Positions 20,005 to 30,329 of a DNA stretch of 64,000 nucleotides are shown piece by piece. The notes under the pieces are model-generated. The model did no database searches. It had not been told where the DNA came from and was given only the letters and a program-made list of their open reading frames with translations. The DNA is from an uncultured delta proteobacterium (GTDB lineage Bacteria; Desulfobacterota; Binatia; UBA9968). The stretch's first letter is position 1. Each line of letters begins with the position of its first letter. The stretch lies in contig CAWJZV010000003.1 of the NCBI GenBank assembly GCA_963847445.1, forward strand, positions 1 to 64,000, in the 5' to 3' direction. The translations under genes were made by a program, and so were the position numbers.

Positions 20005-21006
20005 TCAATCGTCGCGCGCGACGCGAAAGCCTCGGCTGTAGAGTCGGATTACGATAGGGCTGCCAACGCGGTACGCCGAGCGCACGCCGAGTGGGTTGTC
20101 ATCCCATGAGCCGCCGCGCACGGCGCGCATGAAACATTCGCCGCTGCCCCACGCACTGCCATCGGTGGGCGCGCCTTTGTAGTCGCCGTTCCAGCAGTCC
20201 TGCGTCCACTCGCCCACGTTGCCCAGCATGTCCTGCAGGCCAAACCCGTTGGCGCGATAACTGCCTACAGGGGCGGTGAAAGCATAGCGGTCGCGGCAAT
20301 TGGCGACATAGGAAGCGATCGCGTCCGGAATTTGCGCCTGTGCGGTGCGATCGGCGCCGTTTGCATACTCGCAGGACTGGTCGGCATCGTTACCCCAATA
20401 ACGCGCTGTCATGGCGCCCGCTCGGGCGGCATATTCCCATTCGGCTTCGGACAGCAGGCGATAGTTTTTTCCGGTCGTCTGGCTGAGCCACCGCGCATAG
20501 GCGTTGGCATCCTCCCAGCTGACGCACACGGCCGGGTGCGCATCGTCCTGGCTAAAGCCGGTATTGCGCCAGCTCTTGGTGGTGTCTATCGCGAAATCGT
20601 TACCAGTCCAGACAAAACATCCGTCGCTGCCGCGGTTCGTTGCCTCGGCGAACACTCGGTACTGGCCTCGTGTGATCTCATATTTGCCGGCAGCGAAACT
20701 TCGCACGGCCACCTCACGCTGCGGCTGGCTGCGATGGCGAAACGGTTCGCCCAGTTGTTCGCGCTCTTCTTCTCCCGGCGCCGCGCCCATTACGAACCGT
20801 CCAGCCGGAATCCACACCATCTCCGGGCAACCCGGACAGTCCCTGAACGAGCTCCCGGGTGCGCGTATCGGGAAAGGCTGTGTGGCGGTATTGGCGGCGC
20901 CGGCGGTGAATTCCGACGCGACGCCGCCGGCACCGAACCGCAGCAACGCGAGCGCGCAGCTACCCGCTATCGTCACCAGTATCATTAAATGTTTGTGCAT
21001 GGGCAC
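20005..21006 (-). CDS. Formylglycine-generating enzyme (SUMF1/FGE-sulfatase) family protein
   Basis: FRDCPGCPEMV, RLLSEAEWEYAARAG, NGFGLQDMLGNVGEW, RGGSW, GFRVAR. Confidence 0.92.
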   Translation of the reverse strand: MPMHKHLMILVTIAGSCALALLRFGAGGVASEFTAGAANTATQPFPIRAPGSSFRDCPGCPEMVWIPAGRFVMGAAPGEEEREQLGEPFRHRSQPQREVAVRSFAAGKYEITRGQYRVFAEATNRGSDGCFVWTGNDFAIDTTKSWRNTGFSQDDAHPAVCVSWEDANAYARWLSQTTGKNYRLLSEAEWEYAARAGAMTARYWGNDADQSCEYANGADRTAQAQIPDAIASYVANCRDRYAFTAPVGSYRANGFGLQDMLGNVGEWTQDCWNGDYKGAPTDGSAWGSGECFMRAVRGGSWDDNPLGVRSAYRVGSPIVIRLYSRGFRVARDD

Positions 21007-21510
21007 CTTCAGGGGCTGCGCCGAAACCTTATCCGGTTACATCGATTGCGTCGAGGAATGAAGGCCCGCCGTGGTAAAGGTTAGGGGACAGACCGAGGTA
21101 GCTCGGATTTGACGGACACCATGAAACGCCGAAGAGTCCGGGAGCGGCGTTTGATCGGAAAGCACAAGCAATTTAGCTGGCGCCGAGATTAACGGGGCGA
21201 AAATGGCAGAGGGTGTCACAATTGCCAAGGTGGCGGTTGGGATGGTGCTCAAGCCCGAGATGATGCCGCATCTGATCAGAGCGCACGAAAATGTTGGGCG
21301 CACCCTGACCGAAGAAGAGACAGTCAAGGACACGTAACTTCGCCCAGGCGCGTTTCGCCCGGCAGAACTTCACGCCACGGTCAGGACCGCGCGCCATTGC
21401 CGAATTTTCGCCATGGTGGTCTTCCGTATAGTTCGCAATGTCGAACGAGCTCTTGGTGAACCGACGAAAATTCTCGGCGGCGCTGCTGTGGATCGTCCGG
21501 TAATTTCATT

Positions 21511-22563
21511 TCAGCGGATCTGAAAGATTTCCTTCCACGTTTTCTCATACTTCGGAAACTCTCTGACGTCGTCGATGGTCAGCATGTAAGACGTCGTAGG
21601 CCGGATTTTTTCCAAGGGTTCCACTTTGGGATGGGCAGGAGTTTCACCGGCTTGAGCATAAGCCTTCTGTCCTTCTTCACTGACGGCCCAACGAACGTAG
21701 AGTAGTGCTGCGTTTGGATGGGGCGCTCCCTTCATGACCATGACAGAGCCGCCCACTTCGCCGACACCTTCGGTCATTAGCGGTTGAATCGGCGCGCCTT
21801 TTTTCATGCGCCCAGGAAAATGGTGCGAGTAGCAAGTAAAACAAATGGCGCGCTGGCCGGCCAAGAGGAACTCGGTCAACTGCGAATGGCCGCGATGAAA
21901 CTCTACTTGATTGGCGGCGATTTTCTTGAACAGATCGATGGCCTTTTCATCGCTATTGAATTTTCGTTTGGCAAATCCGACCAGTACTTGGTAATCGCGC
22001 GGCTCGCCCATGATGTTGTCTTTCCATTTGGCGTTGGCGAGCTCCTCGTAACTTTTTGGCTCGTCGCCTTTCTTGACCAGATTGGTGTTCCATCCGGCAA
22101 TATAGTATTGCGTGTCCGTTGCGACCCACAGGTCGCCTTTCAACTGGGACGGATACGCCGCTGCCTCGGGTATGGCGACGTGCTCGACGATTTTCAGGTC
22201 GAGGATCTGCGGCAAGTAGGTCAGCGCTCCGCTTATGACGTCGGCAATGACGCGTCCCCCCTTCTGCTCGGCGAGCACTCGGGCGATGAGCTTATCGCTG
22301 GTGGCGTCGATATGATCGACGGTCACGCCGGGAAAGCGCTTCATGAATGCAGGCGGGATAACCGACATCGCGTTGGGGGATAGCGGCGCATAAAGCGTAA
22401 TCTTTCCTTCCTTTTTTGCTTTCTCATAAAGTTGATCGAGAGAATCTGCTGCCGCCGCGAAAACCTTACCTGCGGAAGCGCCGCAGACAATCAGAGCCAG
22501 GGCAATCGCCCACCTAATGGTTGCGGATCCGATCGATCTCGATAAATTGATCTTTTGGTTCAT
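21511..22563 (-). CDS. ABC transporter substrate-binding protein (Fe3+/thiamine-like clan)
   Basis: Signal peptide; AKKEGKITLY, WNTNLV, APHPNAALLY..W..SEEGQ. Confidence 0.88.
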   Translation of the reverse strand: MNQKINLSRSIGSATIRWAIALALIVCGASAGKVFAAAADSLDQLYEKAKKEGKITLYAPLSPNAMSVIPPAFMKRFPGVTVDHIDATSDKLIARVLAEQKGGRVIADVISGALTYLPQILDLKIVEHVAIPEAAAYPSQLKGDLWVATDTQYYIAGWNTNLVKKGDEPKSYEELANAKWKDNIMGEPRDYQVLVGFAKRKFNSDEKAIDLFKKIAANQVEFHRGHSQLTEFLLAGQRAICFTCYSHHFPGRMKKGAPIQPLMTEGVGEVGGSVMVMKGAPHPNAALLYVRWAVSEEGQKAYAQAGETPAHPKVEPLEKIRPTTSYMLTIDDVREFPKYEKTWKEIFQIR

Positions 22564-22802
22564 TTCACTTCTCCGTAATCTTCGTTGCAGATTTTGAATC
22601 CATATTGGGGACGCCTCCGTGAGCCAGTCCCTGCCACTCCTCCATGTAGGAAAACACCGATGATGTCAAACCTTAGTGAGGCCCCGAATCAGATTATCTC
22701 TACTTTGTCTAAAAGAATGGGGAAAGAATAAATGGGACGTTGGTGACCAAGTGGACAAACTCCGAGTGATATGAAGTATCAACGAAATAGTTAAAGTAAG
22801 GA

Positions 22803-24782
22803 TTACGCGACTCGAACCTTCTGTGCTTCGGCGATAATTCGCTCGGCATCGTCCGGCAACAAATATCTTTGATCGACCAGGATTCTCGCGGCGCGGCTGA
22901 CGCGCTGAACGTAATCGACTCTGTTCCGGTAACGCTCTTGAAGCGACAGGCGCGGGTCAGCGGTTTTGCGCCGTTGCGCCTTTGTTTTTGCGAAGGGAAT
23001 GAATGAGCCCAATAAGCCAGACAGCTCGCCCTCGGCGAGATCGCGCGGGCGCAGGTTCCAACCGGTGTAGGTACCGACGGGGACTTCGATGGCCGGTAGG
23101 CGGATGCCGGCGATGTCGTTGCCGTCGGCGTCGACTTTGGGCACGAGGATTTCATACGACTTGCCAAATGGTCTCGGCGGGTGAAGCTCGATCTTGCCGC
23201 GCAGAATGCTTTTGCCGTAGTCGAGAAACAGTTGGCGGTTGTGCAGGCCAACGAAGTTCACGCCGGGGAGTTTCGGAAAGCCGTTGCGAGTCGGCGCCAT
23301 TAGCGTGCGATCGTTCACGCTTGGATAGCGGCTCGGTGGTGGCGCGATCCCTTTCGTCACCCATAAATCCAATGCGACCATCAGCGCGCGCAGCACATCT
23401 CCCGCCGGTAGCGGATTGACGAGAAACTGGCTGTCGTCTTTGGCCGGCTCGGAGCCGAAGGGACTGTTGTGCTGGGCGCTGGCGATGACGTAGAGGCGCA
23501 CGTTGTCTGGTAGTTTGAGATCTTTCCCCTTGCCGTCGGTGTGGGCGAGACAACCGCGCTTTTGCCAGTATTCCGTCGATGTCTGCGTATGGAAAATGAA
23601 CGGATCGGTTTTGGGACGTTTCAATATTCCATCGCTTCGGCCAGTCTGCGCGTCTTTGATGATGTTGTAGGCGTGCGGAAATAGTTCCGGATCGAGCTGG
23701 TTGGTGTGTTGCTGCGATGAAGTGACCGGCCGGGCGAATTCGTAGTTCATAAACAACCGGCCGCCGCCGCCGACATGGGGCGCGATGGCATCGAATACTT
23801 TTCGGTGCTTCTCGTCTTCATTGAATCCATGGTAGACGAAGTCGCGCAAGTAACGTCCGCTCTGGGAGCGGCCCCAGGCGTAGGCATGGGTGATGCGCGA
23901 GGTCTTATTTGCCGAAGCGAGGGGATTCGCTTTGCCGGCGCGATCTTTTGACTCGAAGCGCAGGAAGGAAACCAAATCGCGCACGACGGCGAAGCCGAGG
24001 CCGAGGACGAGTGGGTTCTTAGCGGGATAAATGAACTCGTAGATATGGCCGGGCTTGAAGCCGCCGCGCAGGTAGAGATCGGTGCTGCTCGCTTTGATTA
24101 CTTCTGTGCCGCGCCGCTGGTCTTTCACGGCGGCGGCAAACTCCCATTCGCTTTCAGCCACGGCAATTCTCTTACCGTAGGATTTCTCGCGCACGGTGAG
24201 CGACGACTTCGATTTGTCCCGCGACGCGGCCTCGTAACTCTTGACCCGCTCGTCGGCGCTGAGCGGCTGCGACTTGACGCCTTTCTCGTCGACGACAATT
24301 TCACTGCGCACTGTCGCGACGATGGGCTTGCCTTTGTTGGTGGCGACGGGAACGTTGAGCACCAGCCAATTCTTCAGCGGCATCAGATCGCCCTGCCAGC
24401 CGCACCAGACGATGGTGTAGCCCTGGCGCATGAGAAAGCCGTTGCCGGCATGCTCCAGCGTCGCCGGGTCGTTGGCTTCCGGGCCGTCATTCAAAAAACC
24501 CAAGATGCGCTTGCTGCCGCGGTTGGGCGCGTCGAAAAAGATCTTGCCGTTGCCGCGCGCCATGTCGACCGGCTTTAAAATACAAAAGTTGCTGGAGTAC
24601 TCGACTCGGCCGCGCTGGTTGCGCGGCGCTTTGTTCAGGTTGACGATGATTCTGTTCAGCCGATGCTTAGGATCCACTTCGCCGTAGATCCTGCCGGTGA
24701 GTTTTTCATAGGCGCCGGTGATGGGAAATTCATGGCCGGCGGCGAAGGGTTCTCTTTTTTGAATCATGAAACGTGTAATCAT
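22803..24782 (-). CDS. Alpha/beta hydrolase domain protein (Abhydrolase_10-like)
   Basis: GRSQSGRYLRDF nucleophile motif, TEYWQ, VPKVDADGNDIAGIRLP, TYTGWN. Confidence 0.85.
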   Translation of the reverse strand: MITRFMIQKREPFAAGHEFPITGAYEKLTGRIYGEVDPKHRLNRIIVNLNKAPRNQRGRVEYSSNFCILKPVDMARGNGKIFFDAPNRGSKRILGFLNDGPEANDPATLEHAGNGFLMRQGYTIVWCGWQGDLMPLKNWLVLNVPVATNKGKPIVATVRSEIVVDEKGVKSQPLSADERVKSYEAASRDKSKSSLTVREKSYGKRIAVAESEWEFAAAVKDQRRGTEVIKASSTDLYLRGGFKPGHIYEFIYPAKNPLVLGLGFAVVRDLVSFLRFESKDRAGKANPLASANKTSRITHAYAWGRSQSGRYLRDFVYHGFNEDEKHRKVFDAIAPHVGGGGRLFMNYEFARPVTSSQQHTNQLDPELFPHAYNIIKDAQTGRSDGILKRPKTDPFIFHTQTSTEYWQKRGCLAHTDGKGKDLKLPDNVRLYVIASAQHNSPFGSEPAKDDSQFLVNPLPAGDVLRALMVALDLWVTKGIAPPPSRYPSVNDRTLMAPTRNGFPKLPGVNFVGLHNRQLFLDYGKSILRGKIELHPPRPFGKSYEILVPKVDADGNDIAGIRLPAIEVPVGTYTGWNLRPRDLAEGELSGLLGSFIPFAKTKAQRRKTADPRLSLQERYRNRVDYVQRVSRAARILVDQRYLLPDDAERIIAEAQKVRVA

Positions 24783-24844
24783 GGATGGCTAAATTCCTTC
24801 TAGGAGTCGATACGGACATCGATGGCAGGTTAGTGCCCTGACAC

Positions 24845-24967
24845 AAATCCCCCTCAATCCCCCTTTTTCAAAGGGGGAGGTATGAATTCGGATCGCTATA
24901 ATCGGTGAAGGCGTTGGCTGTCATTGTTATTCCTCCCTTTTGCAAAGGGAGGTTAGGAGGGATTTTT
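24845..24967. repeat. REP-like inverted doublet (left of DUF559 gene)
   Basis: AAATCCCCCTCAATCCCCCTTTTTCAAAGGGGGAG (24845-24879) and inverted partner CCTCCCTTTTGCAAAGGGAGGTTAGGAGGGATTTTT (24932-24967), each with a 9-bp hairpin. Confidence 0.85.
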
Positions 24968-24983
24968 GAGCTTTGATTCATAT

Positions 24984-25346
24984 TCATCTCTGAGATTCAT
25001 CCAGTGTGCGAAAAACTACTTGTAAGACGGAGTCTATCTCCAACAAGACTTGCCGGTCGTCAAAGCGCAACACTTTCAGCCCAAGCTTTTCCAAATATTC
25101 GCTGCGGCGCCGATCATAGCTCGCTTGTGGCGGAGTAAAATGATGCGCCCCGTCCAGTTCTATCACCAGCCGCTTCGTCGGTGCATAGAAATCGACAATG
25201 TAGTTGGCGATCGGTCTCTGCCGGTAAAATTGTATGCCGAGGACTTGTTTTCCTCTTAGGCGGTTCCACAGTTTTTGTTCGGCGTCGGTAAGATTGCTTC
25301 GTAGGGCGCGAGCTCGGGTTTTTAGTTGTGGATTGTACTTGAGCAT
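24984..25346 (-). CDS. DUF559 (Vsr-like, PD-(D/E)XK) endonuclease domain protein
   Basis: ARALRSNLTDAEQKLW, FYRQRPIANYIVDFY, LVIELDGAHH, D..R..YL...GLKVLRF. Confidence 0.93.
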   Translation of the reverse strand: MLKYNPQLKTRARALRSNLTDAEQKLWNRLRGKQVLGIQFYRQRPIANYIVDFYAPTKRLVIELDGAHHFTPPQASYDRRRSEYLEKLGLKVLRFDDRQVLLEIDSVLQVVFRTLDESQR

Positions 25347-25351
25347 TCAAG

Positions 25352-25479
25352 AAAAATCCCTCTTGGTCCCGCTTTTTCAAAGGGGGATAGTGGATATCCA
25401 AGTGTGACTAGCGCGAACTGGTCCGACTTCCGCCGCATTCCTTCCTCCCTTTTGTAAAGGGAGGTTAGGAGGGATTTTT
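25352..25479. repeat. REP-like inverted doublet (right of DUF559 gene)
   Basis: AAAAATCCCTCTTGGTCCCGCTTTTTCAAAGGGGGA (25352-25387) and CCTCCCTTTTGTAAAGGGAGGTTAGGAGGGATTTTT (25444-25479); the latter differs by one base from 24932-24967. Confidence 0.85.
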
Positions 25480-25514
25480 CGGTTGGTGCACTCATCTACG
25501 TTGCGATACTTCTT

Positions 25515-26459
25515 TTAGTATTCATTAAACATCCGCTGCAACTCCTTCGGGTCTTTGGTCTTGGTCAAACCGAGCATGAGCAGAATTCGCGCCTTGTGCG
25601 GTATCAGGCTGTCGCCTTGAATGAAGGGATCGTTCCAGTCGACCGGGATTCTTCCCTGGCCGCCGCGGCTGGCGAGGACTACCGGAGTTCCCGCCGCGGC
25701 GATTTTTTCGACTCCCGCGAGTTGATCGGCGGAGGGACGGCCATTGTAGGCGTAACCGCTGATCACCAACCCCTGCGCGCCTGCCGCGACACAAGCTTGT
25801 GCCGCCGTGTCGTCACCACCGACGTAGGCGGCGATGACATCGACGCGCGGCAGTTCACTGATGTCGCGGATGTTGAACTCGGAGCGGAAGGTGTGGCGTC
25901 GGGTCGGTGCCGCATAAAAGGACACCTGGTCATCCTCGATGTGGCCGAGCATGGAGCGGCCCAAGGATTGAAATCCGCCGGGCCGCTGATTGGTCTTGAC
26001 CACTTCGCGCGCCGAGTGGATCTCCTCATGCAAGGTCACCAAGACGCCTTTGCCGCGCGCCTCCGGCGCCAATACCAAACGAATCGCGTCGAGCAGGTTG
26101 CGATCGCCGTCGTTGCCGACTTCGTCATGCTTGCGTTGCGAGGCGACGAGGACGAGCGGTTTTTCACTGTGCACACAGAGGTGTAGGAAGTAGGCGGTTT
26201 CCTCGGTGGTAAAGGTGCCGTGGGTGACGATGATGCCGTCGACCCGGTGATCTTCCGCCGCCGCGCCGGCGGCGCGGGCAACTTCGAGCCACTGGGCCAG
26301 CCGCATTTGGCCGCTGCGCACGCGCGTCGCTTCGAAGACCTCGAAGTCGGCCAGCGCTTTGGCTTGCGGAATGTCCTTCAATACTTCGTCGATGGCGATG
26401 AGGCCATGGCCGGTATTGGCGATGGTCCCGCCGGTGGAGATGATTTTAATCAGCGGCAT
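25515..26459 (-). CDS. Asparaginase/glutaminase family protein (cytoplasmic)
   Basis: STGGTIA, THGTFTTEETAY, KARILLML motifs. Confidence 0.92.
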   Translation of the reverse strand: MPLIKIISTGGTIANTGHGLIAIDEVLKDIPQAKALADFEVFEATRVRSGQMRLAQWLEVARAAGAAAEDHRVDGIIVTHGTFTTEETAYFLHLCVHSEKPLVLVASQRKHDEVGNDGDRNLLDAIRLVLAPEARGKGVLVTLHEEIHSAREVVKTNQRPGGFQSLGRSMLGHIEDDQVSFYAAPTRRHTFRSEFNIRDISELPRVDVIAAYVGGDDTAAQACVAAGAQGLVISGYAYNGRPSADQLAGVEKIAAAGTPVVLASRGGQGRIPVDWNDPFIQGDSLIPHKARILLMLGLTKTKDPKELQRMFNEY

Positions 26460-26654
26460 AGGCTTCCTTATCGGCGATGCAATTTAAAAATTCTTGCCTG
26501 GCCATACCATCGGAGGATTCTGGCCGTCAACCGCGCCAGCGCAGTGGTTGATTTTGCCGCTCGGCCAGCCATACAAGATTTGCGTCAACGGTGCTAAGTT
26601 GCTAAGAGAGCTTGCACATGAGCGGGGACTGCTCACAGGTAATGGGAGATTGAT

Positions 26655-27773
26655 ATGGGAAAATGTTGGCGAGCGGTTATCGCGGTGATCGCACTTGGCT
26701 TGAGCGCCGTGTCACTGGCAGTCGCCGCTGAAGCCAAGCGGCCGCCGGAGTGGGAAAAGTTGATCGAAGCCGCCAAGAAGGAAGGCAAGATCGTCATCGC
26801 GATCCCGCCGTCCAACGAGCTGCGCAAAGAGCTGGAAATAGTTCTTAAGCAAAAATTTGGCATCGAAGCGGAGTTGGTGGCGGCGCCGGGGCCGAAGAAC
26901 GCCAGCCGCATCGCCGCGGAGAAAAAGGCCGGCGTGAACTATTTCGACGCGATCATCTGCGGCACCGGCACGGCGGCGGGACTGACCCATGACGGCATGC
27001 TCGAACCGCTGGAGCCGTTGTGGCTGCTTGCCGAGGTCCGCGATCCCAAGCAATGGTGGGGCGGACATATTTGGGAGGACAACGTCAGCACGCATAAGTT
27101 TTTATATTCATTTCTCGCCGACGTGGCGACCCATGGCATCTGGTACAATACGAGCATGGCGAAAGCCGAGGAACTGAAAAGCTTCGATGACTATTTAAAC
27201 CCCAAGTGGAAGGGCAAGATCGGTTTCAGCGATCCGCGGGTGCCGAGTTCCGGGCAGTCGATCTGGTCGTTCATGTGGGAGCTCAAGGGCGAGGAGTTTC
27301 TCAAAAAATTAGTCCAGCAGGAGCTCTTCTTGACGCGCGATCTGCGCCAGCTTACGGATTCGCTGGCCAAGGGTAAGGTGGCGGTGGCCTTCGGTATCGG
27401 GCGCAGCCAGGCCGATCCCTTCATCGAAGCGGGTTTGCCGCTGAAGCCGGTGCCGGCGCCCAAAGAAGGCTTGCCGGCGAGCAATTCCTTCGGTGTCATC
27501 GGCATCATCAAGAATCCGCCCAACCCCAATGCCACCAAAGTGTTTATCAATTGGTTTCTCAGCCGCGAGGGCCAAGACTGGTACGGCAGGATCATGGAGA
27601 ACGGCTCGCGCCGTCTTGACGTTGACACGAAGTGGTTGAGCAAGATCGGCGTCAGCGCGGCGAAGGACACGATTACGGTGCAAGAGTACCATCGGCTGCG
27701 CAACCATTTGGAAGACAAGTACACCAAGGTTAGAGTCCCGGCGGGAAGGTTTGCCGAGTCGATTTTGAAATGA
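26655..27773 (+). CDS. ABC substrate-binding protein (array copy A1)
   Basis: Signal peptide; AAKKEGK, LNPKWKGK, PPNPNATKVFINWFLSREGQ. Confidence 0.88.
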   Translation: MGKCWRAVIAVIALGLSAVSLAVAAEAKRPPEWEKLIEAAKKEGKIVIAIPPSNELRKELEIVLKQKFGIEAELVAAPGPKNASRIAAEKKAGVNYFDAIICGTGTAAGLTHDGMLEPLEPLWLLAEVRDPKQWWGGHIWEDNVSTHKFLYSFLADVATHGIWYNTSMAKAEELKSFDDYLNPKWKGKIGFSDPRVPSSGQSIWSFMWELKGEEFLKKLVQQELFLTRDLRQLTDSLAKGKVAVAFGIGRSQADPFIEAGLPLKPVPAPKEGLPASNSFGVIGIIKNPPNPNATKVFINWFLSREGQDWYGRIMENGSRRLDVDTKWLSKIGVSAAKDTITVQEYHRLRNHLEDKYTKVRVPAGRFAESILK

Positions 27774-27826
27774 TCAGGGGAGATCGGAAGTTGAGCCGCA
27801 AAGAACGCAAAAAAGATTTCCGAGTG

Positions 27827-27854
27827 GTAGGGGCGGGTTTGAAACCCGCCCTCT
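27827..27854 (+). repeat. GTAG-type REP palindrome
   Basis: GTAGGGGCGGGTTTGAAACCCGCCCTCT; near-identical copies at 47456 and 47630. Confidence 0.85.
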
Positions 27855-27888
27855 TGGCTCTCCGAGAGAATCGAGTGACGAGGCAGTT

Positions 27889-29006
27889 ATGATCAAGGAG
27901 TTGGGCGGCATGATTTTGGCGGTGCTGTTGACGGTTTCTGCCAGCCAAGTCGCTTTCACCGCCGAAGCCAAGCGGTTACCGGAGTGGGACAAGACCGTCG
28001 AGGCGGCTAAGAAAGAAGGCAAGGTGGTGATCGCGATTCCGCCCTCCAACGAGCTGCGCAAGGAGCTGGAAACTCTTCTAAAGCAAAAATTTGGCATCGA
28101 CGCCGAGCTGGTAGCGGCGCCGGGGCCGAAGAATGCCAGCCGCATCGCGGCGGAACGCCAGGCCGGGGTAAGTTATTTCGATGCGATCATCTGCGGCACC
28201 GGCACGGCCAAGGGACTCACCCACGACGGCATGCTCGAGCCGATGGAATCGTTTTGGATACTTTCCGAAGTCAAAGATCCCAAACAGTGGTGGGGTGGTC
28301 ATATTTGGGAAGACAACATCAGCACGCACAAGTACCTCTATTCATTCTTCGCCGATGTCAGCACGCAAAACGCCTGGTTCAACACGACGCTCGCCAAAGC
28401 CGAAGACTTTCGCAGCTTCGACGATTACTTGAGTCCCAAGTGGAAGAGTAAGATCGGTTTCGCCGATCCGCGCGTGCCCGGCTCGGGGCAGGGCATCTGG
28501 TCATTCATGTGGGACATCAAGGGTGAGGAGTTTTTAAAAAAACTGGCGCAGCAGGAGTTATTTCTCTCGCGGGATTCGCGCCAGTTGGCCGATGCGTTGG
28601 CTAAAGCGAAACTCGCCGTCGCCTTCGGCCTCGGCCGCGTCCCGGTCAGTCCGTTTGTCGACGCCGGTTTGCCGCTCAAGCCGGTGCCGGCGCCCAAGGA
28701 AGGGTTGCCGGCGAGCAACGGCTTCGGCGTGCTCGGCGTGATCAGAAACCCGCCGCACCCAAACGCGACGAAAGTTTTCGTCAACTGGTTTCTCAGCAAA
28801 GAGGGACAAGACTGGTATGGCCGAACATTGGAAAATGGCACGCGCCGTCTCGACGTCGAAACCCGTTGGCTCAGAGACCTCGGCATCAATGCGGCCAAGG
28901 ACACCATCACCGTGCAGGAATACAACCGCGTGCGTAATCATTTAGAGGACAAGTACACCAAGGTAGACTGCCAGCGGGAAAGTTTGCCGAGACGATACTG
29001 CAATAA
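27889..29006 (+). CDS. ABC substrate-binding protein (array copy A2, paralog of A1; frameshift near 3' end)
   Basis: Colinear with A1. The true C-terminus RLPAGKFAETILQ* lies in another frame, ending at 29006. Confidence 0.85.
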
Positions 29007-29129
29007 ACGTTCAAAAGTTCAAGGTCGGACACGAAAGTCCAATGTCTACGGGGAATAGTATTTTTTGGGTTTGATCAGCGCGGGTTCAGCCAGCTTATTT
29101 GGCAATAGAATCATGAAGGGGGAAAGCCG

Positions 29130-30206
29130 ATGAAGTCTGTCCACAGTTTAACGACGCTGCTAATTGCGCTCGCCATCAGTTTCGCCGCGCCGGGCCACGC
29201 CGCGACGGTGGACGAAGTCGCACTCTACAACAAGCCCGACCGGCAAAAAGTTCTCGTCGAGGGCGCGCGCAAGGAAGGCAAGATCACCTGGTACACCTCG
29301 TTGATCGTCGACCAAGTGGTGCGGCCGGTCAAAGAGGCCTTCGAGAAAAAATATCCGTTCATTCAGATCGAACACTTCCGCGGCAACTCGGAGCGCATCG
29401 TGCAAAAGATGTTTGCCGAGTATCAGGGCAAGCGCTACGAGGTCGACCTCGTCGACGGCACGGTGACCGCGCCGATGGTGAAAAAGGGCGGCTTCCTGCA
29501 ACGCTTCTATTCGCCCCATCTCGCCGACTATCCGGCCGAGTTGAAAGATCCCCAGGGGTACTGGGGCGTGAGCAACGTTTATTACTTCGCGGTCGGTTAC
29601 AACACGCGCATGGTCAAGCCCAACGAAGTGCCGAAAACCTATGAAGACCTGCTCAATCCGCGTTGGAAGGGCCAGATGATGTGGTCGACCAGCCGCGGTT
29701 CGGGGGCGCCGATGATGATCGGCAATCTGTTTCAGTCCATGGGACAGGAAGCGGCGAAAGTTTATTTTCAGAAACTGAAGGCGCAAAATGTCGCCAAGAC
29801 CACGGCGAGCAACCGGCAGTTATTGGACTTAGTCATCGCCGGCGAATATCCGCTGGGGCTGCATATATTCCATCATCACGCGCATATCAGCCGAAGCGCC
29901 GGCGCGCCGGTGGATTGGGCACCGCTGGAGCCCTTGTCGGCGACCATCAACACGATCTCGCCGGTAACGCGCTCGCCCCATCCCCACGCTGCGATGCTCT
30001 TGCTCGATTTCATTTTGTCCGAAGAAGGCCAGAAAGTTATTCAAGCGCAGAATTACTTGCCGTCCCATCCGAAAGTTCCGGCGAAACAGGTTGACCTCAA
30101 GCCGGGCGGCGGGAAGTTCAAACGCGCGCTTTATTTCACGCCGGACTCGCAGTTGAACGAAGGCGACGGCTGGGTCGACTATTTCGAGAAAAACTTCTTG
30201 AAGTAG
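29130..30206 (+). CDS. ABC substrate-binding protein (array copy B1)
   Basis: Signal peptide; GARKEGKITWYTS, YNTRMV, PHPHAAMLLLDFILSEEGQ. Confidence 0.9.
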   Translation: MKSVHSLTTLLIALAISFAAPGHAATVDEVALYNKPDRQKVLVEGARKEGKITWYTSLIVDQVVRPVKEAFEKKYPFIQIEHFRGNSERIVQKMFAEYQGKRYEVDLVDGTVTAPMVKKGGFLQRFYSPHLADYPAELKDPQGYWGVSNVYYFAVGYNTRMVKPNEVPKTYEDLLNPRWKGQMMWSTSRGSGAPMMIGNLFQSMGQEAAKVYFQKLKAQNVAKTTASNRQLLDLVIAGEYPLGLHIFHHHAHISRSAGAPVDWAPLEPLSATINTISPVTRSPHPHAAMLLLDFILSEEGQKVIQAQNYLPSHPKVPAKQVDLKPGGGKFKRALYFTPDSQLNEGDGWVDYFEKNFLK

Positions 30207-30241
30207 TGGTGACCGGCTAATTCATCGCAGACAATTCGGAC

Positions 30242-30264
30242 GGGCGTATGCCATACGCCCCTAC
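30242..30264 (-). repeat. GTAG-type REP palindrome
   Basis: GGGCGTATGCCATACGCCCCTAC (reverse of GTAGGGGCGTATGGCATACGCCC). Confidence 0.75.
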
Positions 30265-30329
30265 ACACGGAATCCGGAGTCATGGCGCTTCCGTAAGCGA
30301 CTCTCCTTGGCCGGGAGAAAGAGGCGGGA

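Noticed and set aside
21037-21500. Short ORFs between the FGE gene and the SBP gene
   Set aside because: No motifs, conflicting frames; treated as degenerate sequence.
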